Assembly (NCBI GenBank): GCA_038064195.1
Contig: JBBTTO010000002.1
Location: 466,387 to 530,386 of the forward strand
Reading direction: 5' to 3'
Source of the DNA: Patescibacteria group bacterium
GTDB lineage: Bacteria; Patescibacteriota; Microgenomatia; Levybacterales; UBA12049
Length of the DNA stretch: 64,000 nt
Positions within the stretch are counted from its first letter, which is position 1, and each line of letters begins with the position of its first letter. The notes under the pieces were generated by a model. The model saw only the letters and a list, made by a program, of their open reading frames with translations. It searched no databases and was not told the origin of the DNA. Of the stretch, positions 1 through 9,809 are shown piece by piece. Position numbers and translations under genes: made by a program.

Positions 1-551
1 TCTATTTCATGGCCGGTAATGAGTATCATAAAGACAGATACAAAAAAGCTGACTTGGGAAAAGTGTTTTGGTATGCAGGCGGTACATTTGACTGGGACAA
101 TATCCAGGGACAGCATAGGGGAGTGGATGAGGTTGATCACGGTCAGTATGATACACCCGGGGAAATTGACTTACTGACCGGCTGCTGTGTATTATTCACC
201 AGAGCAGCGCTTAACGTAGTGCGGGGCTTTGACGATAAATATTTTCTTTATTATGAAGATGCAGATTTAAATACGCGACTTCATCAAGCAGGTTTTACTA
301 TTTATTATGAGCCCAAAGCCATGCTCTGGCACGTTAACGCAGGCGCAACTGGTGGATCAGGCTCTGTTCTGCAGGATTACTTTATCAGTCGTAACAGAAT
401 GCGTATCGGGATGAAATACGGGAGATTGCGTACCCGCATTGCTTTAGTACGTGAAAGTATGCGAATTATTCTTGGGGGCAGAAAGTGGCAGCGACGGGGA
501 GTTATAGATTATTATCTTAGACGTTTCGGTAAAGGTAGTTATCCAGTATGA
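1..551 (+). CDS. GT2-family glycosyltransferase, C-terminal portion only; the gene begins upstream of the window
   Basis: The frame is open to the window edge. The C-terminal GT-A motif FLYYEDADLNTRLHQAGF matches the xYxEDxDLcxR motif of rhamnosyl/GT2 transferases. Similar motifs occur in 8797..9753 and 43857..44708. Confidence 0.65.
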   Translation, partial: YFMAGNEYHKDRYKKADLGKVFWYAGGTFDWDNIQGQHRGVDEVDHGQYDTPGEIDLLTGCCVLFTRAALNVVRGFDDKYFLYYEDADLNTRLHQAGFTIYYEPKAMLWHVNAGATGGSGSVLQDYFISRNRMRIGMKYGRLRTRIALVRESMRIILGGRKWQRRGVIDYYLRRFGKGSYPV

Positions 552-1306
552 CTTCACAGAAAATAACCGCGATTGTTCTGGCTAAAAATGAAGAGGACAT
601 GATTGGGGATTGTCTGGAATCCCTCGGGTTTGTGGATGAGATCATTGTTGTCGATAATGATTCCACAGATGATACTGTCGAGATTGCTCGAAAAAAAGGA
701 GCAAAAATCATATCCAGTTCTTCTACCAGCTTTTCTGAGCGACGTGAGATCGGGCTTAAAAAAGTGAAAGCTGGATTTGTTCTCTACCTTGACGCAGACG
801 AACGGATCACACCAGATCTTCAGTTAGAGATTCAAAAAGCCGCTTTCGCTGATTCACCGGTTAGTGCTTACAGGATTCCCCGCCAAAACTTCTATTTGGG
901 GAAGCATCCTTGGCCTGTTATTGAGCGCCATCTCAGATTTTTTCGTAGGGATGGAATCAGAGGCTGGGAGGGGGAGTTACACGAGACAGCCAAAGTTAAA
1001 GGTGACATAGCTGACTTTGTTTCTCCGATGCTCCATTTCACTCATCGTGATTTTTCCTCTATGGTTGAAAAGACTAATAGTTGGTCTGAAAAAGAAGCGG
1101 AATTGCGTATGATCGCTCATCATCCTAAGATTACCTGGTGGCGTTTCCCTCGGGTCATGCTTGCAGCATTTTATCATTCCTACATCACTGAGAAAGGGTG
1201 GAAAGTAGGGACTGCTGGGTTACTTGAAAGTATGTTCCAGGCCTTTAGTATTTTTATTACCTATGCTAAATTATGGGAACTTCAACAAAGAAAACATCGC
1301 GAATAG
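548..1306 (+). CDS. Small GT2 (GT-A) glycosyltransferase, WaaE/KdtX-like
   Basis: N-terminal AIVLAKNEEDMIGDCLESL...EIIVVDNDSTDDT is the GT2 nucleotide-sugar binding region, followed by DADE. Clear paralog of 15496..16272. ATGA overlap with the upstream gene. Confidence 0.8.
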   Translation: MTSQKITAIVLAKNEEDMIGDCLESLGFVDEIIVVDNDSTDDTVEIARKKGAKIISSSSTSFSERREIGLKKVKAGFVLYLDADERITPDLQLEIQKAAFADSPVSAYRIPRQNFYLGKHPWPVIERHLRFFRRDGIRGWEGELHETAKVKGDIADFVSPMLHFTHRDFSSMVEKTNSWSEKEAELRMIAHHPKITWWRFPRVMLAAFYHSYITEKGWKVGTAGLLESMFQAFSIFITYAKLWELQQRKHRE

Positions 1307-2943
1307 GACAATTCCTGAGTTTACCTAAAAAAAAGCTGTATCTCTACGCGCTTATCTTTATTTTTCTCACCGGTTTTATCCTGCGCACTTATCATCTCGA
1401 CTCTCTTCCTCCTAGCCTCAATCGTGATGAAGTTGCGCTTGGCTATAACGCCTATTCAATTCTAACGACAGGTAGGGATGAGCACGGTAAATTTCTGCCG
1501 TTGTCTCTGGAGTCATTCGGGGACTGGAAGTTATCCGGCTATCCGTTTACTGATATTCCATTTATCGCATTTTTTGGACTCAATGAATTTGCAGTCAGAC
1601 TACCGAGTGCCCTAGCAGGGTCACTGTCTGTAATACTTATCTATCTCATTGCCGGATTTATTTTTAAGAAAAAAGCAATAAGCCTTCTTGCTTCATTTTT
1701 TTTCGCTCTCTCGCCATGGAATATATTCTTCTCTCGTGCAGCATATGAGGTGAATCTGGGATTATCTTTCTTTTTAACGGGATTGGTATTCTTACTTTGG
1801 TATGGAGAGTCAAAGAAAAAGACATGGAAATTGTTCGTATCCGGCGTATTTTTTATTCTTCCTCTTTTTACTTATCATGCCTTTATTTTGTTTACACCGT
1901 TATTTATTTTTCCATTACTTTACCTTTATAGAAAGGAAATCTCTTTAAAATCAAGTGTAATTTTTGGCATAACCGTATTTATTTTCTGTGTTTTAGGCTA
2001 TGTGAATATCTCAGTTAGTGGCCTTAACAAAATATCGACACTTTCTGTTTTTTCAAATAAAGATATCATTTACGATCGTGCGGAGAAATTACGGGGGGAT
2101 GGTTCAGTTGATAATCTCTTTATAGCACATATTCTCTACAACAAATATTTTGCCGGCTCTTACCAGATAGCCCAAAATTACGTCTCTACTTTTTCGCCTG
2201 CATTTCTTTTTGACAAAGGGGGAGAAAAAACAGTCCACAATTTAGGCTACTTTGGCAATCTCTATATTTTTGACGTGATACTTCTCTGTGCGGGATTGTT
2301 TTTCCTTATCTCTCGAAGAGATCCGGCATTAGCAATTATCGGTCTTTGGTTGCTTGTAGCTCCTCTCCCTTCAGCTTTGACTTTGGATCCGCAGAACTCG
2401 ACCAGGTTTTATCCTATCCTGCCTGCATTTATTTTCCTCAGTAGTTACGGTGCATATTATCTGTACGTTTTGCTGACACAAAATCGCTTAAGGTCAATAC
2501 TGCTTGTTGGTTTAACAGGGCTATTTCTTTTTAATGTGTTGTTATTTATGGATGGTTATTTTGTCCATATGAGTATTCAACGTGCAAGGTTCTGGGATTA
2601 TGGATATAAGCAAAGTGTCCAGCTTTCACAGCAGTATCCGACATTTCAGGCGGTGATGCGGGGGCCGGAGAATTTTCCATATATATATTTTCTTTTTTAC
2701 AATAAATATGACTCACAACGTTTCAGAAAAGAAGTTAGTTATTATCCGCCAACAAAAGAGGGCTTCTTATATGTTAAGAGCTTTGGTAAGTTTTCTTTCC
2801 CGCCGACTATTAATTACAGTGATTTACATTCAAGGACTCTCTACATTGATAATTATGTTCAGCGTAATTCGACCGATCACCCGATCCATACCATAAATCT
2901 CCCTTCCAATGAGCCGATCTTTATTTATGAAATCAAGCAATAA
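1273..2943 (+). CDS. Polytopic GT-C glycosyltransferase of the PMT/ArnT (GT39/GT83) family
   Basis: About 12 predicted hydrophobic helices. The first extracytoplasmic loop carries RDEVALGYNAYSILTTGRDEHGKFLP, a DE-containing motif characteristic of the PMT/ArnT family and shared with 10535 and 12213. Confidence 0.7.
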   Translation: MGTSTKKTSRIGQFLSLPKKKLYLYALIFIFLTGFILRTYHLDSLPPSLNRDEVALGYNAYSILTTGRDEHGKFLPLSLESFGDWKLSGYPFTDIPFIAFFGLNEFAVRLPSALAGSLSVILIYLIAGFIFKKKAISLLASFFFALSPWNIFFSRAAYEVNLGLSFFLTGLVFLLWYGESKKKTWKLFVSGVFFILPLFTYHAFILFTPLFIFPLLYLYRKEISLKSSVIFGITVFIFCVLGYVNISVSGLNKISTLSVFSNKDIIYDRAEKLRGDGSVDNLFIAHILYNKYFAGSYQIAQNYVSTFSPAFLFDKGGEKTVHNLGYFGNLYIFDVILLCAGLFFLISRRDPALAIIGLWLLVAPLPSALTLDPQNSTRFYPILPAFIFLSSYGAYYLYVLLTQNRLRSILLVGLTGLFLFNVLLFMDGYFVHMSIQRARFWDYGYKQSVQLSQQYPTFQAVMRGPENFPYIYFLFYNKYDSQRFRKEVSYYPPTKEGFLYVKSFGKFSFPPTINYSDLHSRTLYIDNYVQRNSTDHPIHTINLPSNEPIFIYEIKQ

Positions 2944-5203
2944 AAATACGAGCTGGTTTATAAAGAGTGTTATAAAGTATTTGCCGTTAGGTTTTATTAT
3001 TTTTGTTTGGTTCGCTTTCTCCAGTCCATATTTTCTGAGACACTCCGTTCCTTTTCCCACCAGGCAACTCGTCACGTTTTTTGCTCCCTGGAATCAGTAT
3101 GATAAATATGCAGGCCCTGTTAAAAATAATGCCATGCCGGATGTTGTTACGCAGATTTACCCCTGGAAGCATTTTGTCGTTAGTGAGCTTAAGGAGGGTA
3201 GAATGCCTCTATGGAATCCCAATAATTTCTCAGGTAACCCGGCACTCGCAAATTTCCAGACAGCTGTCTTTTCACCTTTTACGCTTTTATATTTTATTTT
3301 GCCTTTTATTGATGCATGGAGTTTGACAGTTCTTCTTCAACCGTTACTTGCAGGGATTTTTACGTATTTTTTGACACGTGAGATGAGAGTGAGTCGGGGA
3401 GGAGCTGTTGTCAGTGCATTAGGATTTATGTTTTCAGGCTTTATCGTCGTTTGGATGGCATACGGAACTCTCTCTATGGCCGTTGCTTTTTTGCCGCTTA
3501 TTCTTCTTAGTCTTGAAAAGTTTTTACGGAAAAATAAGATACGTTTTCTTATCCCGGCCGCACTAGCTGTGACTGTCTCTCTTTTTTCAGGTCATTTTCA
3601 GACCAGTTTGTATGTTCTCATTACATCATTTGTCTTTATTGTCTATCGCTATGCCACTGACAGAAGATTTAAAAGAATGATGATTGCCTGCTTCGCGTTA
3701 CTGAGCGGATGTGTCCTGGCCCTCCCACAACTTATTCCGACATTTGTTCTGTATACGCAATCATTTCGCAGCAGTAACGCTATCGTTGATGGGGGAATTC
3801 CGCTTTACTACCTTATAACTTCCTTCGCTCCGGATTTTTTTGGGAGCCCTGTCACGCGCAATGACTGGGTGGGGTTTTATGCCGAGCGAGCAAGTTTTAT
3901 AGGGATCATCCCTCTTCTCCTAGCAGGCTTTTCATTCTTTCGCATACGCTCTCACTATGTCCTCTTCTTTATCGGTTTGAGTCTTGTCAGTTTGGTCTTA
4001 GCACTTGATACTCCCTTACAAGTGCTTCTAAGTATGGCAGGCATTCCGGTTCTCTCCAGTAGTAATCCTACCCGGATTATTGTTTTATGGAGCTTTGCGA
4101 TGAGCATTTTGGCCGGATTTGGCTATGATTATCTCGGGGAGGTAATTTCTAAAAAAATATTTCGTCATATTCTCTATGTTGTTGTTACCGTTATTGCGAT
4201 CGTCATGTTAGCTTGGTTATCAGTCAGTGTTTTCCGTCTTTTACCCGCTGATAAAGTACATATTGCCGAGCGAAATCTTATTATTCCGACATTGATTCTT
4301 ACGCTGGGAATTTTTGCTATCTTCCTCCAGTTTTTTAACAAACGAATTCGAAAGCAGTCTTTTTTCTTATGGCTCATTATTCTCCTCATAGCCCTTGATA
4401 GTTTTCGTTTTGCCTGGAAATGGATGCCTTTTGACTCAACAGCTATTCTTTTTCCCGATGTTCCGGTGATCTCTGCCATGCAAAAATTGCAGGGTACAGG
4501 TCGGGTCTTCGGCGGCTTTGGCACGGAAGTCCAGACCTATTATGGGGTACGCTCAGTTGAAGGGTACGATCCGTTATATATCAAAAGATACGGAGAATTC
4601 ATCAAAGCTGCCACCACGGGTAGATACACAGTCCCTGATCGTTCTTTTGTAGGAGTTGACAGACAGGCAAAGTCGACTGAAAAGGTGTTGAATTTCCTGT
4701 CAGTCTCTCTTCTTTTTCAGCCGAAGTCACAACTCTTTGTTAATTATGCCTATCCTGTCTGGGGTCGGCCCGATATCTATAAAGTAGTCTACGAGGATGA
4801 TCTATTTCTGCTCTATCACAATAAGACTATGCTGCCTTTTGCCAGACTTTCCTATGTATATGAAGTTTTTACTGATCCCAAGAAGTTATTAGCCCGTTTT
4901 TATGACCCTGATTTTTCATACCAGACGACGACGCTACTTGAGGAGAATCCTTCCTTCCCAGATATGATCCAAAAGGATGCGACCGGATCTGCAGAGATTG
5001 TATCTATGAAACCAACGCGGATAAGTATTAAGGTAAATTCTACCTCCCCTGGCCTATTATTTCTCCCCACACCCTATTACCCCAACTGGCATGCGACAGT
5101 AAACGGAGAAGCTACTCAGATATATCAGGCGGACTATGCTTTTCAAGCCATAAAAATACCGAAAGGAAAATCAGATGTTATTTTTTCTTACTCTTATTTT
5201 TGA
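2909..5203 (+). CDS. YfhO-family polytopic membrane protein (GT-C-like, lipid-linked sugar dependent glycosylation)
   Basis: 764 aa. Contains PLWNPNNFSGNPALANFQTAVFSPF, a YfhO signature. Multi-TM N-terminal two-thirds plus a large C-terminal extracytoplasmic domain. Paralog of 6561..8795. Confidence 0.65.
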   Translation: MSRSLFMKSSNKNTSWFIKSVIKYLPLGFIIFVWFAFSSPYFLRHSVPFPTRQLVTFFAPWNQYDKYAGPVKNNAMPDVVTQIYPWKHFVVSELKEGRMPLWNPNNFSGNPALANFQTAVFSPFTLLYFILPFIDAWSLTVLLQPLLAGIFTYFLTREMRVSRGGAVVSALGFMFSGFIVVWMAYGTLSMAVAFLPLILLSLEKFLRKNKIRFLIPAALAVTVSLFSGHFQTSLYVLITSFVFIVYRYATDRRFKRMMIACFALLSGCVLALPQLIPTFVLYTQSFRSSNAIVDGGIPLYYLITSFAPDFFGSPVTRNDWVGFYAERASFIGIIPLLLAGFSFFRIRSHYVLFFIGLSLVSLVLALDTPLQVLLSMAGIPVLSSSNPTRIIVLWSFAMSILAGFGYDYLGEVISKKIFRHILYVVVTVIAIVMLAWLSVSVFRLLPADKVHIAERNLIIPTLILTLGIFAIFLQFFNKRIRKQSFFLWLIILLIALDSFRFAWKWMPFDSTAILFPDVPVISAMQKLQGTGRVFGGFGTEVQTYYGVRSVEGYDPLYIKRYGEFIKAATTGRYTVPDRSFVGVDRQAKSTEKVLNFLSVSLLFQPKSQLFVNYAYPVWGRPDIYKVVYEDDLFLLYHNKTMLPFARLSYVYEVFTDPKKLLARFYDPDFSYQTTTLLEENPSFPDMIQKDATGSAEIVSMKPTRISIKVNSTSPGLLFLPTPYYPNWHATVNGEATQIYQADYAFQAIKIPKGKSDVIFSYSYF

Positions 5204-5439
5204 GGACGCCTAAGGAGCTTTTTCCAGGATTTTATCTCGCCGATTGTTAGTGGGTTTTTGGCGAATTTGAAGAGATAGACCAGTTCTAAAATACCGAAAG
5301 TATTTATTACAAGTAGTACCACAAACCAGATTTTCTGCTCATTATGTGCAGTCCGCCAAAGCGCGATACCTTTCCAGATCAGAGACCAGAGTCCGATTAT
5401 ATAAAACCAGATGGGATAATTTATGCCTATCATAGGCAT
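5194..5439 (-). CDS. Hypothetical small two-helix membrane protein
   Basis: 81-aa ORF with two hydrophobic helices (PIWFYIIGLWSLIW and FVVLLVINTFGILELVYLF). It lies in the only sizeable non-coding gap of the island, with the opposite orientation to all its neighbours. Confidence 0.35.
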   Translation of the reverse strand: MPMIGINYPIWFYIIGLWSLIWKGIALWRTAHNEQKIWFVVLLVINTFGILELVYLFKFAKNPLTIGEIKSWKKLLRRPQK

Positions 5440-5487
5440 ATCGTAACATAGATACTCAACGATTGCAAAACTTGCTACAATTAAGGG

Positions 5488-6564
5488 ATGAAGATCGGAA
5501 TCTATGATCCGTACCTCGATACACTCTCAGGCGGGGAGAAGTATATGCTCTCAATTGCTTTGTGTTTGCAGGATGACCACGAGGTAGTGATTTTTTGGGA
5601 TAAAGCAAAAGAGCAGGAGATCCGTTCCAAAGCTAAAGAAAGGTTCGGTTTTGATCTTGAAAAGATTGCGTTTGCACCATCACTCTTTTCTAAAAGTGTT
5701 AGCTTTTTGACTCGCTACAACAAAAGTAAAGACTACGATCTCCTGTTCTATCTCAGTGACGGGAGCCTGCCCGTAGTTGCCTGCGACCTTATCGTCCATT
5801 TCCAGTCTCCTATGCTTTGGCTTAAAGGGCGTTCGCTTAAAAATCGTTTGAAGATGAGACGGATTAAAACTGTCATTTGTAATTCAAACTTCACCAAATC
5901 CTATGTAGATAAGATCTTCGGGATTGAAAGTAAGATCGTGTATCCGCCTGTCTCGATTCAAGGACGCTATCAACCCACCAAAAAAGAGCGGATCATCCTT
6001 AACGCCGGACGCTTCGGCATCAACTGGGCCGGTTCGAGTTTTAAGAAGCAGGATATTTTGGCCGAAGCTTTTGCCAGGCTTTATACCGAGGGGCTCAAAG
6101 GTTGGAAGCTGGTTTTTGTTATGAATGTTAAAGATGACGCGTTGTCGGCAGTTGACGATCTCAAAAATAAGTATAAAGATACACCTATCGAATTCGTTCT
6201 CAATCCTAACAATCGCGATCTGTGGAAGTGGTATGAGAAAGCTACGTTTTATTGGCACGCGGCGGGTTTTGCTGAGGACGTAACGACTCATCCGGATCGG
6301 GCCGAACACTTCGGCATGACGACAGTTGAAGCAATGGGAGTCGGTGCTGTTCCGCTTGTAGTTGGTGCCGGCGGACAAAAAGAGATAGTTGAGGATCAAA
6401 AGAACGGAAGACTCTGGAATACAATTGATGAATTAATAAGGTTCACTAAGGAGCTTATTCTAGACGATAAAAAGAGAGAGCTTCTCGTTCAGGAGGCAGT
6501 TAAATCATCAGATAGCTACTCCCTCGAGAGTTTCAATAAAAGTATTAAAGACCTTATTACATGA
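5488..6564 (+). CDS. GT4 (GT-B) glycosyltransferase
   Basis: C-terminal EHFGMTTVEAMGVGAVPLV is the E-X7-E motif of retaining GT4 enzymes. Confidence 0.85.
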   Translation: MKIGIYDPYLDTLSGGEKYMLSIALCLQDDHEVVIFWDKAKEQEIRSKAKERFGFDLEKIAFAPSLFSKSVSFLTRYNKSKDYDLLFYLSDGSLPVVACDLIVHFQSPMLWLKGRSLKNRLKMRRIKTVICNSNFTKSYVDKIFGIESKIVYPPVSIQGRYQPTKKERIILNAGRFGINWAGSSFKKQDILAEAFARLYTEGLKGWKLVFVMNVKDDALSAVDDLKNKYKDTPIEFVLNPNNRDLWKWYEKATFYWHAAGFAEDVTTHPDRAEHFGMTTVEAMGVGAVPLVVGAGGQKEIVEDQKNGRLWNTIDELIRFTKELILDDKKRELLVQEAVKSSDSYSLESFNKSIKDLIT

Positions 6565-8795
6565 ACAAAAAAGATCTTTTGAGTCTGGGCCTAGTACTTT
6601 TTGCCATTCTTCTTTTTTTTCGCGGTTTTTTTATTCAGGGAAGAGTTCCTATCCCGACAGATACGTTAGTAAATTTATTCCATCCTTTCAGAGATTATTA
6701 TGCTAAAGACTATCCCAGGGGAATTCCTTATAAGAACTTTTTGCTTGCTGATCCGGTGACTCAGCAAATCCCCTGGAAATCCCTGTCGATATCTCAGATG
6801 AGTAGGGGGCAGCTGCCGCTTTGGAACCCGTATCAGATGGCAGGCTATCCTCTGCTTGCTAATATCCAGTCTTCCCCCTTTTATCCGTTAAATATTTTGC
6901 TTTTTATAAGTCCGTTTATTTTAAGTTGGTCGGTTTTTATCTTACTTCAGCAAATTCTGGCGGCCTTCTTTATGTATTTGTTTCTGCGGAATCTAAAACT
7001 CGAAAGGTTGTCAGCAAGTCTTGGTTCGTTGAGTTTCGCATTTTGCGGATTTTTTATTGCCTGGTTGGAATGGGGGACTATTGTGCATACTGCTCTTTGG
7101 CTGCCGCTTATTTTACTCTGTGTTGATAAAATCCTTTCTGATAAAAGATATCGCTGGAGCGGAATTTTTATTTTTGCTGTCTTGTCTTCATTCCTGGCAG
7201 GACACTTGCAGACTTTTATTTATACGTGCGGTGTTACATCTTTATACTTTTTATATAGGTTTGTTGAGAGTAGATATAACCGACAATTTTTTTCCCGTTT
7301 TGTACTTTCGGGTTTGGCAGTGATTCTTATAAGTTTGCCGATTCTTGTTCCTCAGCTTCAGCTAATTTCCCTTTCAGCTCGGAATATCGATCAAAGCTGG
7401 CAGCAGGCGGGGTGGTTTATTCCTGTTTCTCAGGCGATTCAATTTATCGCGCCTGACTTTTTTGGCAATCCTGCTACTGGTAATTATTTCGGGGTCTGGA
7501 ACTACGGCGAATTCATCGGTTACATCGGCATTTTCCCTCTTCTGCTTGCTTTCTATGCACTTTTACGTCGTAAAAGTAATGATACCTATTTTTGGGCAGC
7601 ACTCGCAGCTATGAGTGTCTTACTTGCATTTCAGACACCGCTTGCCAAGCTTCCATATGAGTTGGGAATACCGTTTTTTTCCTCTACCCAGCCTACACGC
7701 TTGATTTTTGTGGCTGATTTTGCTTTATCAGTTCTGGCTGCGTTCGGACTTGAGAGATTACTCAAAACAAAAAGCAAAGTATTTCTTCCGCAAATTATTA
7801 TCATCTTATTTTTGCTATTTGGAGTAGGTTATGGCTTTATGCAGCTGCAAACTCGACAGATTTCAGTTACGAATTGGCAGGTCACTACACACAACCTGAT
7901 TCTGCCTCTATTTCTTGTGACAGTTGCCTGTGGCGGATTGTTCGTCAGTTCTCTTCTGGCTACGAAAAAAAGAACAGTCGTTGTAGCTTTTATGTTTGTT
8001 ATGACGATAGGTGATTTGCTTATTTTTGCCGGTAAATTTACTCCTTTTGCCAACTCCTCATATTTTTATCCGACAACCAAAGCAATAGCTTTTCTTAAAG
8101 AGCAGCCGGGTCAATTCAGAATTATGACGACTGATCGTCGAATCCTTCATCCCAATATTGCCACTCAGTATCGCCTCCAGAGTATAGATGGCTACGATCC
8201 TCTCTATCTTCTTAAGTATGGTGAAATGATGGCCGCCGTCGGAAGAGGAAAGCCCGATATTATCCCACCCTTCGGCTATTTCCGTATCCTAACCCCCGGG
8301 AGTTTTGACTCACCCCTTATTGACCTTTTAGGAGTGCGGTATATTCTGAGTCTGACAGAGATTCACAGTCCGCACGTAAAGCAGGTTTATTCAGAGGGAG
8401 AGACCAGAGTATATGAGAACGCCAGAGCGTTTCCGCGGGCATTTTTTGTAACGTCTGTCAGCCCGGCAGCCAATAATCAACAGGCAATCAATTTTCTCTT
8501 CAACTCCGCAGTTGATTTACATACAATAGCCATAGTTGAGGCCGGGGAATCAGAGTTGCCTACTCAATTTTCCCCTGGGAAAGTCACGATTGATTCCTAT
8601 ACTGAGAACAGTATCACTCTGACAGCACGCACTGACGGGAAAGCGTTTATGGTTTTGACCGATACTTTCTATCCGACCTGGAAGGCAACCGTTGACGGAA
8701 AGCCGACTGTTGTATACCGGACAGACTATAATTTCAGAGGCGTTGTTGTACCGGGAGGGGAACATAGGATAGTATTTAAAGATACACTTTTTTAA
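6561..8795 (+). CDS. YfhO-family polytopic membrane protein, paralog of 2909..5203
   Basis: 744 aa. LPLWNPYQMAGYPLLANIQSSPFYPL aligns with the motif in 2909..5203. Same architecture. ATGA overlap with the upstream GT4. Confidence 0.65.
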   Translation: MNKKDLLSLGLVLFAILLFFRGFFIQGRVPIPTDTLVNLFHPFRDYYAKDYPRGIPYKNFLLADPVTQQIPWKSLSISQMSRGQLPLWNPYQMAGYPLLANIQSSPFYPLNILLFISPFILSWSVFILLQQILAAFFMYLFLRNLKLERLSASLGSLSFAFCGFFIAWLEWGTIVHTALWLPLILLCVDKILSDKRYRWSGIFIFAVLSSFLAGHLQTFIYTCGVTSLYFLYRFVESRYNRQFFSRFVLSGLAVILISLPILVPQLQLISLSARNIDQSWQQAGWFIPVSQAIQFIAPDFFGNPATGNYFGVWNYGEFIGYIGIFPLLLAFYALLRRKSNDTYFWAALAAMSVLLAFQTPLAKLPYELGIPFFSSTQPTRLIFVADFALSVLAAFGLERLLKTKSKVFLPQIIIILFLLFGVGYGFMQLQTRQISVTNWQVTTHNLILPLFLVTVACGGLFVSSLLATKKRTVVVAFMFVMTIGDLLIFAGKFTPFANSSYFYPTTKAIAFLKEQPGQFRIMTTDRRILHPNIATQYRLQSIDGYDPLYLLKYGEMMAAVGRGKPDIIPPFGYFRILTPGSFDSPLIDLLGVRYILSLTEIHSPHVKQVYSEGETRVYENARAFPRAFFVTSVSPAANNQQAINFLFNSAVDLHTIAIVEAGESELPTQFSPGKVTIDSYTENSITLTARTDGKAFMVLTDTFYPTWKATVDGKPTVVYRTDYNFRGVVVPGGEHRIVFKDTLF

Positions 8796-8796
8796 C

Positions 8797-9753
8797 ATGA
8801 CAATAAGTATTGTTATTCCCGATTACAATAATGGTGATTTAATTGCCGAAAATCTGCCTTTGTATATCCCTATTCTGCAAACCTTTGCCAAAGCTCACAA
8901 AACATCCGTACAGATTATCATTAATGACGACGGTTCGACAGACGGGAGTTGGGAACGGTTAGTAAAAGCTACTGAGAAGAAATATGAGCTTGTTGATTTC
9001 ACCCTGCTCAGTAACGGTCGCAATATCGGTTTTTCGACCACTGTCAATCGCGGCGTTGCTCGTGCCCGGGGCGAGATAGTAGTACTCCTGAATGCTGATG
9101 TTGTTCCTGATAAAGGTTTTTTGGAACCTCTGCTTGATCATTTTTCAGATCGAGATGTGTTTGCCGTAGGCTGTATGGATAAGAGTATTGAAGCAGACGG
9201 GACTACCGTTCTTCGCGGGCGGGGGGTAGGTAAATGGGTGAGAGGCTTTCTTCTCCATTCCCGTGGAGAGCCTGACAGGCAGGATACGCTTTGGGTGAGT
9301 GGAGGAAGCGGAGCTTTTCGTAAAAGTATTTGGGACAAATTAGGAGGGCTCAACGAAATGATGAACAGATTTTACTGGGAAGATATTGATCTGTCTTACA
9401 GAGCCCAAAAAGCCGGTTATAAAGTGTTATTTGAGCCCAAAAGTACCGTTGTTCATGAACATGAAGAGGGTTCAATCAAAAAAACAGCCAAACCCATGAG
9501 TGTGAGGATCACCTCATATCGTAATCAATTTTACTTTGTCTGGGTTAACATCACGGATTTCTCCTTTATCATGTCTCATCTTTTCTGGCTGCCCCTCCAG
9601 CTCGCTCTCGCAACACTTCATGGCGATACTGCTTTTCTTAAGGGTTTTTTGCTAGCCCTTTTTCATGTTCCGCAAGTGCTTATCAGGCGTCAAAAAGTTC
9701 AGTCACTGACAAAAATTTCAGATCACAGTATCCTCGCTCATTTTAGCGCGTGA
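8797..9753 (+). CDS. GT2 glycosyltransferase with C-terminal hydrophobic segment
   Basis: ISIVIPDYNNGDLI...IINDDGSTDGS, LLNADVVPD and FYWEDIDLSYRAQKAGY are GT-A motifs. C-terminal FSFIMSHLFWLPLQLALATL is a hydrophobic helix. Confidence 0.8.
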   Translation: MTISIVIPDYNNGDLIAENLPLYIPILQTFAKAHKTSVQIIINDDGSTDGSWERLVKATEKKYELVDFTLLSNGRNIGFSTTVNRGVARARGEIVVLLNADVVPDKGFLEPLLDHFSDRDVFAVGCMDKSIEADGTTVLRGRGVGKWVRGFLLHSRGEPDRQDTLWVSGGSGAFRKSIWDKLGGLNEMMNRFYWEDIDLSYRAQKAGYKVLFEPKSTVVHEHEEGSIKKTAKPMSVRITSYRNQFYFVWVNITDFSFIMSHLFWLPLQLALATLHGDTAFLKGFLLALFHVPQVLIRRQKVQSLTKISDHSILAHFSA

Positions 9754-9790
9754 TTTGCTCAACAGCGGTTATAGTTTTTATCTAAAAATC

Positions 9791-9799
9791 TGGTATCAT
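9791..9799 (+). promoter_or_regulatory. Extended −10 element TGGTATCAT, 10 nt upstream of the 9810 ATG (near-leaderless)
   Basis: TGnTATCAT in a 56-nt AT-rich gap. No Shine-Dalgarno sequence is seen. Confidence 0.35.
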
Positions 9800-9809
9800 A
9801 TACATTATT

